DNA of 64,000 nt from an uncultured delta proteobacterium (lineage in GTDB: Bacteria; Desulfobacterota; Binatia; Binatales; Binataceae), in NCBI GenBank assembly GCA_963724765.1, contig CAVRVY010000003.1, positions 128,001 to 192,000 of the forward strand. The letters run 5' to 3'. A program made the translations under genes and the position numbers. Below the pieces are notes generated by a model. That model did not search any database and was not told where the DNA came from. It saw only the letters and a list, made by a program, of their open reading frames with translations. Below are positions 53,828-63,208 of this stretch, one piece after another. Numbering within the stretch: position 1 is the stretch's first letter; each line of letters begins with the position of its first letter.

Positions 53828-53874
53828 GATTCGTAATCAGCAGATCGTCGGTTCGAATCCGACGGGTGGCTCCA
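53828..53874 (+). other. 3' half of tRNA-Thr(CGT), att-like island boundary
   Basis: GATTCGTAATCAGCAGATCGTCGGTTCGAATCCGACGGGTGGCTCCA: anticodon loop, T-arm GTCGG/CCGAC and CCA; no 5' acceptor or D arm upstream. Confidence 0.85.
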
Positions 53875-54159
53875 AATAAGTCAAATAAATCCAACACTTT
53901 TACTGAGGCCGTCACGGTATTTCAATTGGCTTTCAACGCGGATTGCTCGCGAAGTGTCCGCATCTGTCAAGAGTCGAGACATTCTGGATGTCCAGAAAAT
54001 GACGTGAGAAACCTGCTGCAGCCATAATAACAAGCGCACAGGGCGAACCCCTCTTCACCGCCCCGTTTGGAGATTAGCTTCGAAGCTAGATCCTGATCCT
54101 CCGCCGGGGAAACACGGATGAAGCTCGAGGCGAATCACGAGCGTTGAGCGCGGTCGGGC

Positions 54160-54340
54160 AAACCCGGAACCCTACTAGCACTACATTAAGGAGCAATTAA
54201 AAGCCGCCGTGCCGGAATGGATCCGGACACGGTGCCGCTGCGTGAGGTGAGAGCGCTCGGCTATCCGCGTGGCGCGAACATACTGAAAGATCACTTCGCG
54301 ATGTTAATGCCAATGGCCAAGCAGGTTCGGTCTATCCGGA
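54160..54340 (+). pseudogene. Degenerate IS21 IstA N-terminal remnant
   Basis: HYIKEQLKAAVPEWI / DTVPLREVRALGYPRGANILKDHF, with a stop and frameshift. Confidence 0.5.
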
Positions 54341-54461
54341 GCGGCGGACTCCACCATGAAGATGAGCCAGACAACCGCGCGAGCTGTACCTCACTTGGAC
54401 GGGTCGCCGACCGCGCTCGCAGATGGCAAAACTACCACATTGCGCTAATCAATGGCGCTGA

Positions 54462-55556
54462 CTAATCAATGGCGCTGACGGTGGCGGGCGAATCGGCGAA
54501 ATACTTCCGCCGTGTCCACAAAGCTACGTCAACCAACCCGATCATCACCGGCACCTCGATCAGCGGTCCGATCACTGCGGCGAAGGCCGCGCCGCTATCG
54601 ATCCCAAATGTCGCAACCGCAACCGCGATCGCGAGTTCAAAATTGTTCGAGGCTGCCGTGAACGACAATGTTGCGCATTGCGGGTATGTCGCGCCTACCC
54701 GCCTGCTCAGCGCGAACGATACTGCGAACATGATTCCGAAATAAATCATCAGCGGGATTGCGATACGTACGACATCGATCGGCATCCGAACAATTGCCGC
54801 ACCCTTGATCGAGAACATCACTACGATGGTGAAGAGCAGGAACGTCAGCGTCAGCGGGCTAATCTTTGGAATGAAGTGCTGCCGATACCAGCTCTTTCCC
54901 TTTGCGGCAGTCAACACTTTCCACGTCGCCAGGCCAGCGACGAAGGGGAGGCCCAGGTAGATGCCAACGCTCTCGGCAATCTGGCCGATCGTGATGTCAA
55001 CGATTGCGCCGCCGAGGCCGAGCCATCGCGGGAGCACCGTGATGAACACGAAGGCGTAAACCGAAAAGAACAGCACTTGAAAGATCGAGTTGAAAGCTAC
55101 CAGTCCCGCGCAATAGTCGGGATCGCCATTGGCGAGATCGTTCCAGACGATCACCATCGCAATGCAGCGCGCGAGGCCGATCAAGATAAGCCCAACCATG
55201 AACTCAGGACGATCGCGCAAGAAGATGATCGCCAGCGCGAACATCAGGATTGGACCGATAATCCAGTTCTGTAAGAGCGACAGCCCGAGAATTTTCCAAT
55301 CGCTGAAAACGTCGCCCAATTCGTCGTAGTTCACCTTCGCTAGCGGCGGATACATCATGAGGATGAGACCGATTGCGATCGGTATGGAGGTCGTGCCGAC
55401 GCTCATGCGGTCGAAGCTCGCCTTCACGTCTGGGAAAATCGCACCAATCGCGATCCCCGCCGCCATTGCGAGAAAAATCCACAATGTGAGGTAGCGATCG
55501 AGGAAGGAGAGCCTGCGTAAGATCGGCGTTTGGGCTATCGACACAGTGGCGCTCAT
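54462..55556 (-). CDS. acr3: ACR3 family arsenite efflux transporter
   Basis: [42 protein letters not shown] and GPLIEVP. Confidence 0.96.
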   Translation of the reverse strand: MSATVSIAQTPILRRLSFLDRYLTLWIFLAMAAGIAIGAIFPDVKASFDRMSVGTTSIPIAIGLILMMYPPLAKVNYDELGDVFSDWKILGLSLLQNWIIGPILMFALAIIFLRDRPEFMVGLILIGLARCIAMVIVWNDLANGDPDYCAGLVAFNSIFQVLFFSVYAFVFITVLPRWLGLGGAIVDITIGQIAESVGIYLGLPFVAGLATWKVLTAAKGKSWYRQHFIPKISPLTLTFLLFTIVVMFSIKGAAIVRMPIDVVRIAIPLMIYFGIMFAVSFALSRRVGATYPQCATLSFTAASNNFELAIAVAVATFGIDSGAAFAAVIGPLIEVPVMIGLVDVALWTRRKYFADSPATVSAID

Positions 55557-55720
55557 TCGTCGGCTCCTATACGCACGGGCATGGAACGGGCCCCGAAATC
55601 CGTTATCTTTCCGAGTTTGCAGGATTTTACTCCGGTGCATCAACGGAGCTAACGCCTCATCGCGACTCCAAGTCTGCTGATTGAAGCATTGATCTCGAAG
55701 GCTTCTAGACGGCCGTAGCC

Positions 55721-55737
55721 TTAACACTCCCGTAACA
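55721..55737 (+). promoter_or_regulatory. Candidate two-unit Pho box
   Basis: TTAACA (55721) and GTAACA (55732), 11 bp apart. Confidence 0.4.
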
Positions 55738-55771
55738 TGCGGTCGCTATTAGGAGTTGTGAATTCTGTAAC

Positions 55772-55791
55772 GGTTTCATATATATGGAACC
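55772..55791. promoter_or_regulatory. Probable ArsR operator
   Basis: Palindrome GGTTTCATAT-ATATGGAACC (9/10 arms) abutting the arsR ATG. Confidence 0.7.
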
Positions 55792-56619
55792 ATGACAAAA
55801 GCAAACGTCATCGCAGCATTGGCCGCGCTCGCGCAGGAGACTCGTCTTGACATCTTCCGCCTGCTGGTCGAGCGAGGTCTCGAAGGAATGCCCGCCGGAG
55901 AAATTGGTGAGCGCTTGAAGTTGCCTTCGCCTACCCTCTCGTTCCATCTCAATCAGCTCAGGCACACGCGCCTCGTAACTTCGCGCCGACAGAGCAGACT
56001 GATCATCTACGGCGCCAAGTTCCGCACGATGAATGGTCTGATCGAATATCTCACCGAGAATTGCTGCGCGGGCGAAGCGAGCAATGCAATTCACGACCGT
56101 CCAAAAGGCGAAGCACCCCGACGCGAGTTGAACGTGCTCTTCCTGTGCACCAACAACTCCGCCCGCAGCATTATGGCGGAGTGCGCAATGAATCGATGGG
56201 GCGGCGGCAAATTTCACGCTTTCAGCGCCGGCAGCAAGCCGCTCGGGACTGTTCATCCGATCACCCTCCAGGTGCTGAATGAAATGAAATACGAGACCGG
56301 CGGACTACGGAGCAAGGACTGGAACGAGTTCGCTCAGCCCGACAGCCCACCGCTCGATTTTGTTTTCACCCTCTGCGACCGCGCCGCCGCCGAGGTCTGC
56401 CCTACCTGGCCGGGCCAGCCGATAAGAGCGCATTGGGGCATTCAGGACCCCGTCGCCGTCGTCGGCACGAGTGCCCCGACGCGAAAAGCCTTTTTCAAGG
56501 TCTACACCGAGCTAGAGCAACGAATCAGGATTTTCACCGCGCTTCCGATCGAGACGCTTGAACGTTTCGCCCTGGAACGGTGGGTCACGGAAATTGGCAA
56601 ATTGAATCTGGCTGCATGA
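55792..56619 (+). CDS. arsR: ArsR regulator fused to LMW-PTP-fold arsenate reductase ArsC
   Basis: [20 protein letters not shown] and LTENCC; then [18 protein letters not shown] and HWGIQDP. Confidence 0.92.
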   Translation: MTKANVIAALAALAQETRLDIFRLLVERGLEGMPAGEIGERLKLPSPTLSFHLNQLRHTRLVTSRRQSRLIIYGAKFRTMNGLIEYLTENCCAGEASNAIHDRPKGEAPRRELNVLFLCTNNSARSIMAECAMNRWGGGKFHAFSAGSKPLGTVHPITLQVLNEMKYETGGLRSKDWNEFAQPDSPPLDFVFTLCDRAAAEVCPTWPGQPIRAHWGIQDPVAVVGTSAPTRKAFFKVYTELEQRIRIFTALPIETLERFALERWVTEIGKLNLAA

Positions 56620-56636
56620 TGGAGACAAGAGCGGCC

Positions 56637-57674
56637 ATGCCTGTACGCGTTGGCATTAACGGGTTTGGACGGATGGGTCGGCTGGCGTTGCGCGCCGCGT
56701 TCGACAACTCCCAGATTCAGATTGTCCATATCAACGAGTTGAAAGGCGGCCCCCAGACTGCCGCTCACCTGCTCGAATTCGATAGCGTGCATGGCCGCTG
56801 GCGCGTGCCGATAGCCGCGGAAGCGCACGGGCTCAAAATAGACGGCGATCGCGTCGGCTACAGCAACTTCGACGCTCCGGGCGACGTGCCTTGGAACGAA
56901 GCGGGCGTCGAGATCGCGCTTGAGTGTTCGGGCAAGTTCCTGACTCCCGAGGCTTTGGAACCCTATTTTACGCGCGGCGTGCGCAAAGTGGTGGTCGCCG
57001 CACCGGTGAAGCAAGGCGCGCTCAATATCGTGATGGGCGTCAACGATCAGTTGTATGACCCTGAGCGGCACCACATCGTCACCGCTGCTTCATGCACGAC
57101 CAATTGCCTCGCGCCGGTGGTCAAGGTGATCCACAAGACGCTCGCCATCCGGCACGGCATCATCACCACCATTCACGACGTGACCAATACTCAAACGGTG
57201 GTGGACCTACCTCACAAGGATCTGCGGCGGGCGCGATCCGCGCTGATGTCGCTGGTGCCGACTACTACCGGCTCGGCCACCGCGATCGGTCTCATTTACC
57301 CGGAGTTGCAGGGGAAGCTTAACGGCCTCGCGGTTCGTGTCCCCCTGCTGAATGCTTCGCTGACCGACTGCGTTTTCGAAGTCGCTCGATCGACGACCAC
57401 GGCAGAGGTCAACAAATGCTTGCGGGAGGCGGCAGAAGGGGAACTCCGAGGCATCCTTGGTTTCGAGGAACGTCCACTGGTGTCGGTCGACTATTTAAAC
57501 GACCCGCGATCCTCGATCGTCGATGGCCCTTCGACCATGGTCGTTGATGGCACGCAAGTAAAAATTCTGGCCTGGTACGACAACGAATGGGGCTACGTAA
57601 ACCGGCTGGTCGAATTGGCGGCCAAGGTCGCCGCGAGCCTGCCTTCGGCAGAGCGCAGCGCCGCGGCGGTGTAG
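56637..57674 (+). CDS. gap: ArsJ-associated glyceraldehyde-3-phosphate dehydrogenase
   Basis: [28 protein letters not shown] and WYDNEWGY; directly upstream of arsJ. Confidence 0.93.
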   Translation: MPVRVGINGFGRMGRLALRAAFDNSQIQIVHINELKGGPQTAAHLLEFDSVHGRWRVPIAAEAHGLKIDGDRVGYSNFDAPGDVPWNEAGVEIALECSGKFLTPEALEPYFTRGVRKVVVAAPVKQGALNIVMGVNDQLYDPERHHIVTAASCTTNCLAPVVKVIHKTLAIRHGIITTIHDVTNTQTVVDLPHKDLRRARSALMSLVPTTTGSATAIGLIYPELQGKLNGLAVRVPLLNASLTDCVFEVARSTTTAEVNKCLREAAEGELRGILGFEERPLVSVDYLNDPRSSIVDGPSTMVVDGTQVKILAWYDNEWGYVNRLVELAAKVAASLPSAERSAAAV

Positions 57675-57678
57675 GACA

Positions 57679-58926
57679 GTGCGAAACGCCATACGTAACT
57701 ATGCCCTGGTCACGGGAGCCTACTGGGGTTTCACGCTCACCGACGGCGCTCTCAGAATGCTGGTGCTCCTGCATTTCGATCGGCTCGGATACAGCGCCGT
57801 CGAGATTGCTTTCCTGTTCCTGTTCTACGAATTTTTCGGGATCGTCACAAACCTGCTTGGCGGCTGGATCGCCGCCCGCTCGGGATTGAAGGTCACTCTC
57901 TATGGCGGCCTGCTCCTTCAGATCGGCGCCCTGATCATGCTGGCCTTTCTGCAGCCGGCGTGGGCTCGCGCCACAGCGGTCGCATACGTGATGGCGGCGC
58001 AGGCGCTCTCGGGAATCGCGAAAGATCTGACCAAGATGAGCGCCAAGAGCGCGATCAAGGTGGTGGTGCCGGAGGGAGAGGGCGGCGCTCTCTTCCGATG
58101 GGTTGCGCGTCTGACCGGATCGAAGAATGCGCTCAAGGGGCTCGGCTTCTTCATGGGCGGAGCGCTGCTGGGCGCGTTGGGGTTCGTCGGTTCGCTGACC
58201 GTGATGGCGGCCGGGCTGTTCGTCGTTTTGATCGGGACCGTCGTGGCGCTCCCAAGCGGTCTGGGAAAGGCCAAATCGAAAGTCAAATTCACAACGCTAT
58301 TTTCCAAGAGCTCGGCGGTGAACTGGCTTTCGGCGGCGCGCCTGTTTCTGTTCTCCGCGCGCGACGTTTGGTTCGTGGTCGGGTTGCCGGTCTTCCTGGC
58401 TTCAAATCTGCACTGGTCTTTCTGGCAGGTGGGCGCGTTCTGCGCCGCGTGGTTCGTCGGTTACGGCATCGTGCAGGCGATCGTTCCGGAGGTTCTTCGT
58501 CAGCTAGGTGCACGAGAGGGGGTTAATGGAGATACGGCTCGCCTTTGGGCTTTCGTGCTCGTCGCGATCCCGCTTGGTCTGGCGGCCGCACTGCAGCTTA
58601 ACGTTAGTCCGACCGCGGCACTGATGGTCGGGCTTGCCGTTTTCATGGTCGTGTTCGCGATCAACTCCGCCGTGCATTCGTACCTGATTCTCGCCTACTC
58701 GGAAGACGACGAAGTGGCCACCAACGTCGGGTTTTACTACATGGCGAACGCCGGCGGCAGGCTGCTGGGGACGCTGTTGTCGGGAGTGATTTTTGAATTT
58801 TACGGATTCAGCGCCTGTCTGCTTGCGTCCAGCATACTGGTCCTTGCGGCGGCGCTGTTGTCATTCAAGCTCCCGCGCGCGCGTGCGATTCCACTGACAG
58901 TGAAGCTCGAAGCGGCCGAGTCATGA
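57679..58926 (+). CDS. arsJ: Organoarsenical efflux MFS transporter
   Basis: YWGFTLTDGALRMLVLLHF, SGIAKDLTKMSAKSAIK and GFYYMANAGGRL. Confidence 0.93.
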   Translation: MRNAIRNYALVTGAYWGFTLTDGALRMLVLLHFDRLGYSAVEIAFLFLFYEFFGIVTNLLGGWIAARSGLKVTLYGGLLLQIGALIMLAFLQPAWARATAVAYVMAAQALSGIAKDLTKMSAKSAIKVVVPEGEGGALFRWVARLTGSKNALKGLGFFMGGALLGALGFVGSLTVMAAGLFVVLIGTVVALPSGLGKAKSKVKFTTLFSKSSAVNWLSAARLFLFSARDVWFVVGLPVFLASNLHWSFWQVGAFCAAWFVGYGIVQAIVPEVLRQLGAREGVNGDTARLWAFVLVAIPLGLAAALQLNVSPTAALMVGLAVFMVVFAINSAVHSYLILAYSEDDEVATNVGFYYMANAGGRLLGTLLSGVIFEFYGFSACLLASSILVLAAALLSFKLPRARAIPLTVKLEAAES

Positions 58927-59441
58927 ATCCGCGCATCTTCAACGTGTTGTTCCTATGCACTGGCAATTCGGCCCGCAGCATCATGGCGGAATGCGCGACA
59001 AACCGGTGGGGTAGGGAAACATTCAAGGGGTTTAGCGCTGGCAGTCATCCACTGGGCAGAATTCATCCGATGACTCTGGAGGTCCTGAAAGAATTGAACT
59101 ACGACACGTCAGGACTCCGCAGCAAGAGCTGGGATGAGTTCGTCCGCTCGGACAGCCCGCCGCTCGATTTCGTATTCACGCTCTGCGACCAGGTTGCTGG
59201 TGAGGTATGTCCGGTGTGGCCCGGAAAGCCGCTGACTGCATATTGGGGGTCAGCCAATCCAGTCAGTTTCGAGGGGAGCGAAGAACAAAAGCGCCGGTTC
59301 TTTCACAAAATCTATCGGGAGCTCGAGACCCGTATAAAGCTTTTCACCCTTTTGCCCGTTGGTGCTCTCGACAGTCTTTCGCTCCAAAGTCGGATAACGG
59401 AGATCGGCAAGGTCAAATCTTTGGCTGATCGCTCAGGTTGA
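58923..59441 (+). CDS. arsC: Arsenate reductase ArsC (LMW-PTP fold), DP motif changed to NP
   Basis: FLCTGNSARS, TLCD..EVCP and YWGSANP. Confidence 0.88.
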   Translation: MNPRIFNVLFLCTGNSARSIMAECATNRWGRETFKGFSAGSHPLGRIHPMTLEVLKELNYDTSGLRSKSWDEFVRSDSPPLDFVFTLCDQVAGEVCPVWPGKPLTAYWGSANPVSFEGSEEQKRRFFHKIYRELETRIKLFTLLPVGALDSLSLQSRITEIGKVKSLADRSG

Positions 59442-59530
59442 TCTCATTTCGTCACGTTCCGGTTTCGAAGAAGACAACCACAGTGCTACTAGCGCTCTCG
59501 CATGGAACAAACTGCCAACGGAGAAAACTC

Positions 59531-60589
59531 GTGAAACGCAATTGTACCCTGAACATGATGCCCGTGGTCTTCCTGCTCCTGCTGCTGGCCGCACCATTAT
59601 CCAATGGCGCGGCACTCGCCGACACCTTGGTGATTAAGGGGGACGGCTCAACCTTCGCCTATCCAATGTACAGCAAATGGATCGAGGAATATGAGAAGGA
59701 CGATCCGGCGGTGCGTTTGACCTACGTGTCGAACGGCTCGGGCGCCGGCATCCATGACATTATGCTGGGAACCGTGGACTTTGCCGGCACTGACGGCCCT
59801 CTGAACAAAACACAAATGTTGGATTTCGCTACGCACCAAAACTGCGAGGTGTTGCACTTTCCCACGGCGCTCGGAGCCGACGTTCCCATCTATAACGTAC
59901 CGGGAGTCATCCAGGCGCTTAACTTCACCCCACAGGCCCTCGCGGGCATATATCTTGGAACAATTACCAAATGGAACGACCCCGAGATCACCAAACCTAA
60001 TCCGAATGTATCGCTGCCCGTTAACGATATTGTGGTCGTCCATCGGCAGGACGGCAGCGGAACCACTTACGTATGGACCGACTATCTAACCAAAGTCAGC
60101 TCGGGCTGGCAGCAGCGCGTTGGGGTGGGAATTTCGGTCATATGGCCGGGCGGAGTCGCGGCTACAGGCAACGAAGGGGTTGTCCAGGTGGTCGCACGCA
60201 CGCCGTATTCGATTGGGTATTCAGAGCTTACGTATGCGGTTCGAAATCGATTGTTTTATGGTAGCGTCGCCAACCGCAGCGGGCAGTTCGTTCAGGCCAA
60301 TCTGGCCAGCGTTACAGCGGCGGCCGTGGGCGTAGCGAACAATATGCCCGACGACTTTCGGGTTTCGATCACCGACGCGCCGGGTCAAGACGCCTATCCG
60401 ATTTCGAGTTTCACCTGGATGTTGCTTCCTTCCGTTATTGCCGATACGGCAAAGCGAGAGGCACTCATAAAGTTTCTGCAGTGGGGTTTGACCAAAGGCC
60501 AGGATTATCTCGAACCGCTATCTTATGCACGGCTCCCCAACGTAGTGATTGCCAAGGAAGTCAAAGCTATTAGCAAAATCAAACCATGA
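59531..60589 (+). CDS. pstS: Phosphate ABC transporter substrate-binding protein (divergent copy 1)
   Basis: Signal peptide; GDGSTFAYP, NGSGAG, DFAGTD and RQDGSGTT. Confidence 0.92.
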   Translation: MKRNCTLNMMPVVFLLLLLAAPLSNGAALADTLVIKGDGSTFAYPMYSKWIEEYEKDDPAVRLTYVSNGSGAGIHDIMLGTVDFAGTDGPLNKTQMLDFATHQNCEVLHFPTALGADVPIYNVPGVIQALNFTPQALAGIYLGTITKWNDPEITKPNPNVSLPVNDIVVVHRQDGSGTTYVWTDYLTKVSSGWQQRVGVGISVIWPGGVAATGNEGVVQVVARTPYSIGYSELTYAVRNRLFYGSVANRSGQFVQANLASVTAAAVGVANNMPDDFRVSITDAPGQDAYPISSFTWMLLPSVIADTAKREALIKFLQWGLTKGQDYLEPLSYARLPNVVIAKEVKAISKIKP

Positions 60590-60742
60590 CAATCGTTATG
60601 CGCAAGAGCGACGATGCTGCGATCAAGAGAAGGCGCGGGAAACTTGCCGCTCTCGTTGAGTTTCAACGGGTTGAAGCTCTCCATGCGGCCTCGCCTGCGG
60701 TTGGCATGCGCACATGTCTCATCTTGGCGGCGCGGGGGCCTC

Positions 60743-60994
60743 ATGCTGGCAGAAAGGCGATCATGGTTGTTCTGCTATCTTCTGTTTGCTTCGTTCGCCG
60801 TGCCGTTGCTACTGGCTGCCGCAGCGGAGGCAGCGGGAGACAGTCTTCTCTGGTCAGGGCCTTACGCAAAGGCTGAGACCGACGATCGGCCTACCTATCG
60901 CGCTGGTTCATCCGGGACGCTTTTCCAGATGATGCAAGGGACAGTCGACTTTGCGCTGAGTGACATCCCAATGACCGATAGGGACCGCGTTTAA
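60743..60994 (+). pseudogene. Degenerate pstS N-terminal remnant
   Basis: Signal-like segment, then GSSGTLFQMMQGTVDFALSDIPMTD (cf. GSGGGIRQVTAGTVDFGASDGPMTD). Confidence 0.65.
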
Positions 60995-61029
60995 CTCTCC
61001 GTTCATTCAATCTTAACTTTACCTTAATC
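60990..61029 (+). promoter_or_regulatory. Four-unit Pho-box-like direct repeat
   Basis: TTAAC 60991, TTCAT 61002, TTAAC 61013, TTAAT 61024: exact 11-bp period upstream of pstSCA. Confidence 0.75.
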
Positions 61030-61146
61030 GACGCGGCCGGCCGTTCAATTATGCTGACGTGGGCTAGTGTGTGGGCGTTCATTGTGTTGGCGTGCAACGC
61101 TCGAGGCCGCAAAAATGAAAAGGATGAAACAGGAAAAAGGACGCCT

Positions 61147-62217
61147 ATGAGACTCGGAGCACATTTGATCAAGAACCCATTTTTTGCGTCGCGTCGCAAG
61201 TTCGGCATGTGGTTGCTGGCCGGAACAGTAATGTTGTGTTTAGCAGTGGTCTCCAGGGCGGCCCTATCGCTCACGGGGGCTGGGGCCACGTTTCCGTATC
61301 CAATGTATTCAAAGTGGTTTGACGCATATCACAAAGCGCATCCGGACGTTGAGATTAACTATCAATCGATCGGCTCGGGCGGCGGCATCCGGCAGGTCAC
61401 TGCGGGTACAGTCGATTTCGGAGCCAGCGACGGACCGATGACCGATGAGCAAATTGCTGCTTTTAAAGAGAAACGGGGCACTAATCCATTACACTTTCCA
61501 ACTGTCCTTGGTGCTGACGTACCTGCCTATAACGTACCAGGCGTTCAGGCAGAACTGCGGTTTACGCCGGAAGCATTGGCCGGTATTTTTCTCGGCAAAA
61601 TTACTAAATGGAACGACCAGGCCATCGCCAATGCAAACCCTGGCGTGACGCTTCCCGGTACGGATATCGTTGTGGCGCATCGCGCCGACGGTAGTGGAAC
61701 GACGTATGTGTGGACCGATTATCTGTCCAAAATTAGTCCCGAATGGCAAAAGTCCGTTGGCAAGGGCACCTCGGTCAAGTGGCCCACTGGACTGGGTGGT
61801 AAAGGCAACGAAGGGGTGTCGGGTCTAATTAAGCAAACTTCCGGCTGTATCGGTTATATCGAATTGATCTATGCTGTGCAGAACCACATACCTTACGGTT
61901 CTGTGCGCAACGCGTCAGGCACTTTTATCAAAGCAGACCTGGCTAGCGTCAGCGCAGCAGCCGCGGGCGTGCCGATGCCCGACGATTTCCGCGTATCTAT
62001 CACCAATTCGCCGGCGGCTACCGCATACCCGATCTCCAGCTTCACTTGGTTGCTAATACCGGAGAAGATTCCGGATCAGACAAAGAAGCAATCCATTGTC
62101 GACTTCCTGCACTGGATGCTCACCGAGGGGCAGACAATGACTGAGGCGCTCGCCTACGCCCCGCTTCCGAAACCGGTAGTTGAGAAAGAAGAACAGGCAA
62201 TCACCAAGATTCAGTGA
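61147..62217 (+). CDS. pstS: Phosphate ABC transporter substrate-binding protein (canonical copy 2; start uncertain)
   Basis: GAGATFPYP, IGSGGG, DFGASD and RADGSGTT. Confidence 0.95.
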   Translation: MRLGAHLIKNPFFASRRKFGMWLLAGTVMLCLAVVSRAALSLTGAGATFPYPMYSKWFDAYHKAHPDVEINYQSIGSGGGIRQVTAGTVDFGASDGPMTDEQIAAFKEKRGTNPLHFPTVLGADVPAYNVPGVQAELRFTPEALAGIFLGKITKWNDQAIANANPGVTLPGTDIVVAHRADGSGTTYVWTDYLSKISPEWQKSVGKGTSVKWPTGLGGKGNEGVSGLIKQTSGCIGYIELIYAVQNHIPYGSVRNASGTFIKADLASVSAAAAGVPMPDDFRVSITNSPAATAYPISSFTWLLIPEKIPDQTKKQSIVDFLHWMLTEGQTMTEALAYAPLPKPVVEKEEQAITKIQ

Positions 62218-62218
62218 T

Positions 62219-63202
62219 ATGGGTGGCGCGACAACTAAACAGGAGCTAGCCCGCTCGACCGATCGGATTAACTCCGCTTCCGGTGCCAAACAGTTGGAAC
62301 GCCGCGACCTGCCTGCCTATTTCATAACCCTTGGCTGCGCGGCCGGTGTTATTCTCATAACTGCTCTTCTCGTCTACGTACTGTGGAGCGAATCTGCTCT
62401 GGCAAGACAAAAGTTCGGTTGGCGGTTTCTCTTTACTCAGGACTGGGACCCGGTAGCCGAAGATTTTGGAGCTTTGCCATTCATTTACGGAACCGTGGTT
62501 ACTTCAGCAATCGCTCTGCTGATCGCGGTGCCCATGGGCGTCGGCGCCGCTATTTTTCTGGCTGAACTCGCGCCGCCGCGAATATCCAGTGCTCTGACAT
62601 TCATGATTGAGCTGCTGGCGGCGGTTCCCAGCGTGATCTTCGGATTGTTAGGTATTTTCGTACTAGTCTCAGTATTGCACGAGGTGGTTCCGACCTTGAA
62701 AGATGTTTTGGGGTTCCTGCCATTGTTTCAGGGTCCGTTCTATGGAGTCAGTATGTTGTCGGCCGGCATCGTACTGTCGATCATGATCGTTCCGTTCATT
62801 ACCTCCATCTCGCGCGAGGTTCTTCTTGCAGTACCTCTCGGGCAGCGGGAAGGATCAGCGGCGACAGGAGCGACGAGATGGGAAACCACTTGGCGCGTGG
62901 TGGTTCCCCAGGCCCGTAAAGGCATTATCGGTTCGGTCTTCCTGGCTCTGGCACGGGCGCTCGGCGAAACGATGGCAGTGACAATGGTGATCGGAAACAA
63001 TCCGCAGATCAAAGCTACGCTGCTAGCCCCCGGGTACTCAATCGCAGCCGTCATTGCGAATGAATTCACGGAGGCCACCAGTGACCTCTACGTAAATGCC
63101 TTGGTCGAACTGGGATTGGTGCTTTTTGCGTTGACATTTGTAATTAACGGAATTGCGCACCTCCTGGTATGGAGCGTGACTGGAATCGAACCCGGCGAAT
63201 GA
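62219..63202 (+). CDS. pstC: Phosphate ABC transporter permease
   Basis: ELLAAVPSVIFG, LARALGETMAVTMVIGN and IANEFTEA. Confidence 0.95.
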   Translation: MGGATTKQELARSTDRINSASGAKQLERRDLPAYFITLGCAAGVILITALLVYVLWSESALARQKFGWRFLFTQDWDPVAEDFGALPFIYGTVVTSAIALLIAVPMGVGAAIFLAELAPPRISSALTFMIELLAAVPSVIFGLLGIFVLVSVLHEVVPTLKDVLGFLPLFQGPFYGVSMLSAGIVLSIMIVPFITSISREVLLAVPLGQREGSAATGATRWETTWRVVVPQARKGIIGSVFLALARALGETMAVTMVIGNNPQIKATLLAPGYSIAAVIANEFTEATSDLYVNALVELGLVLFALTFVINGIAHLLVWSVTGIEPGE

Positions 63203-63208
63203 TTTGTT

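Noticed and set aside
53790-53874. Complete tRNA-Thr gene
   Set aside because: No 5' acceptor strand complementary to GGGTGGC and no D arm upstream.
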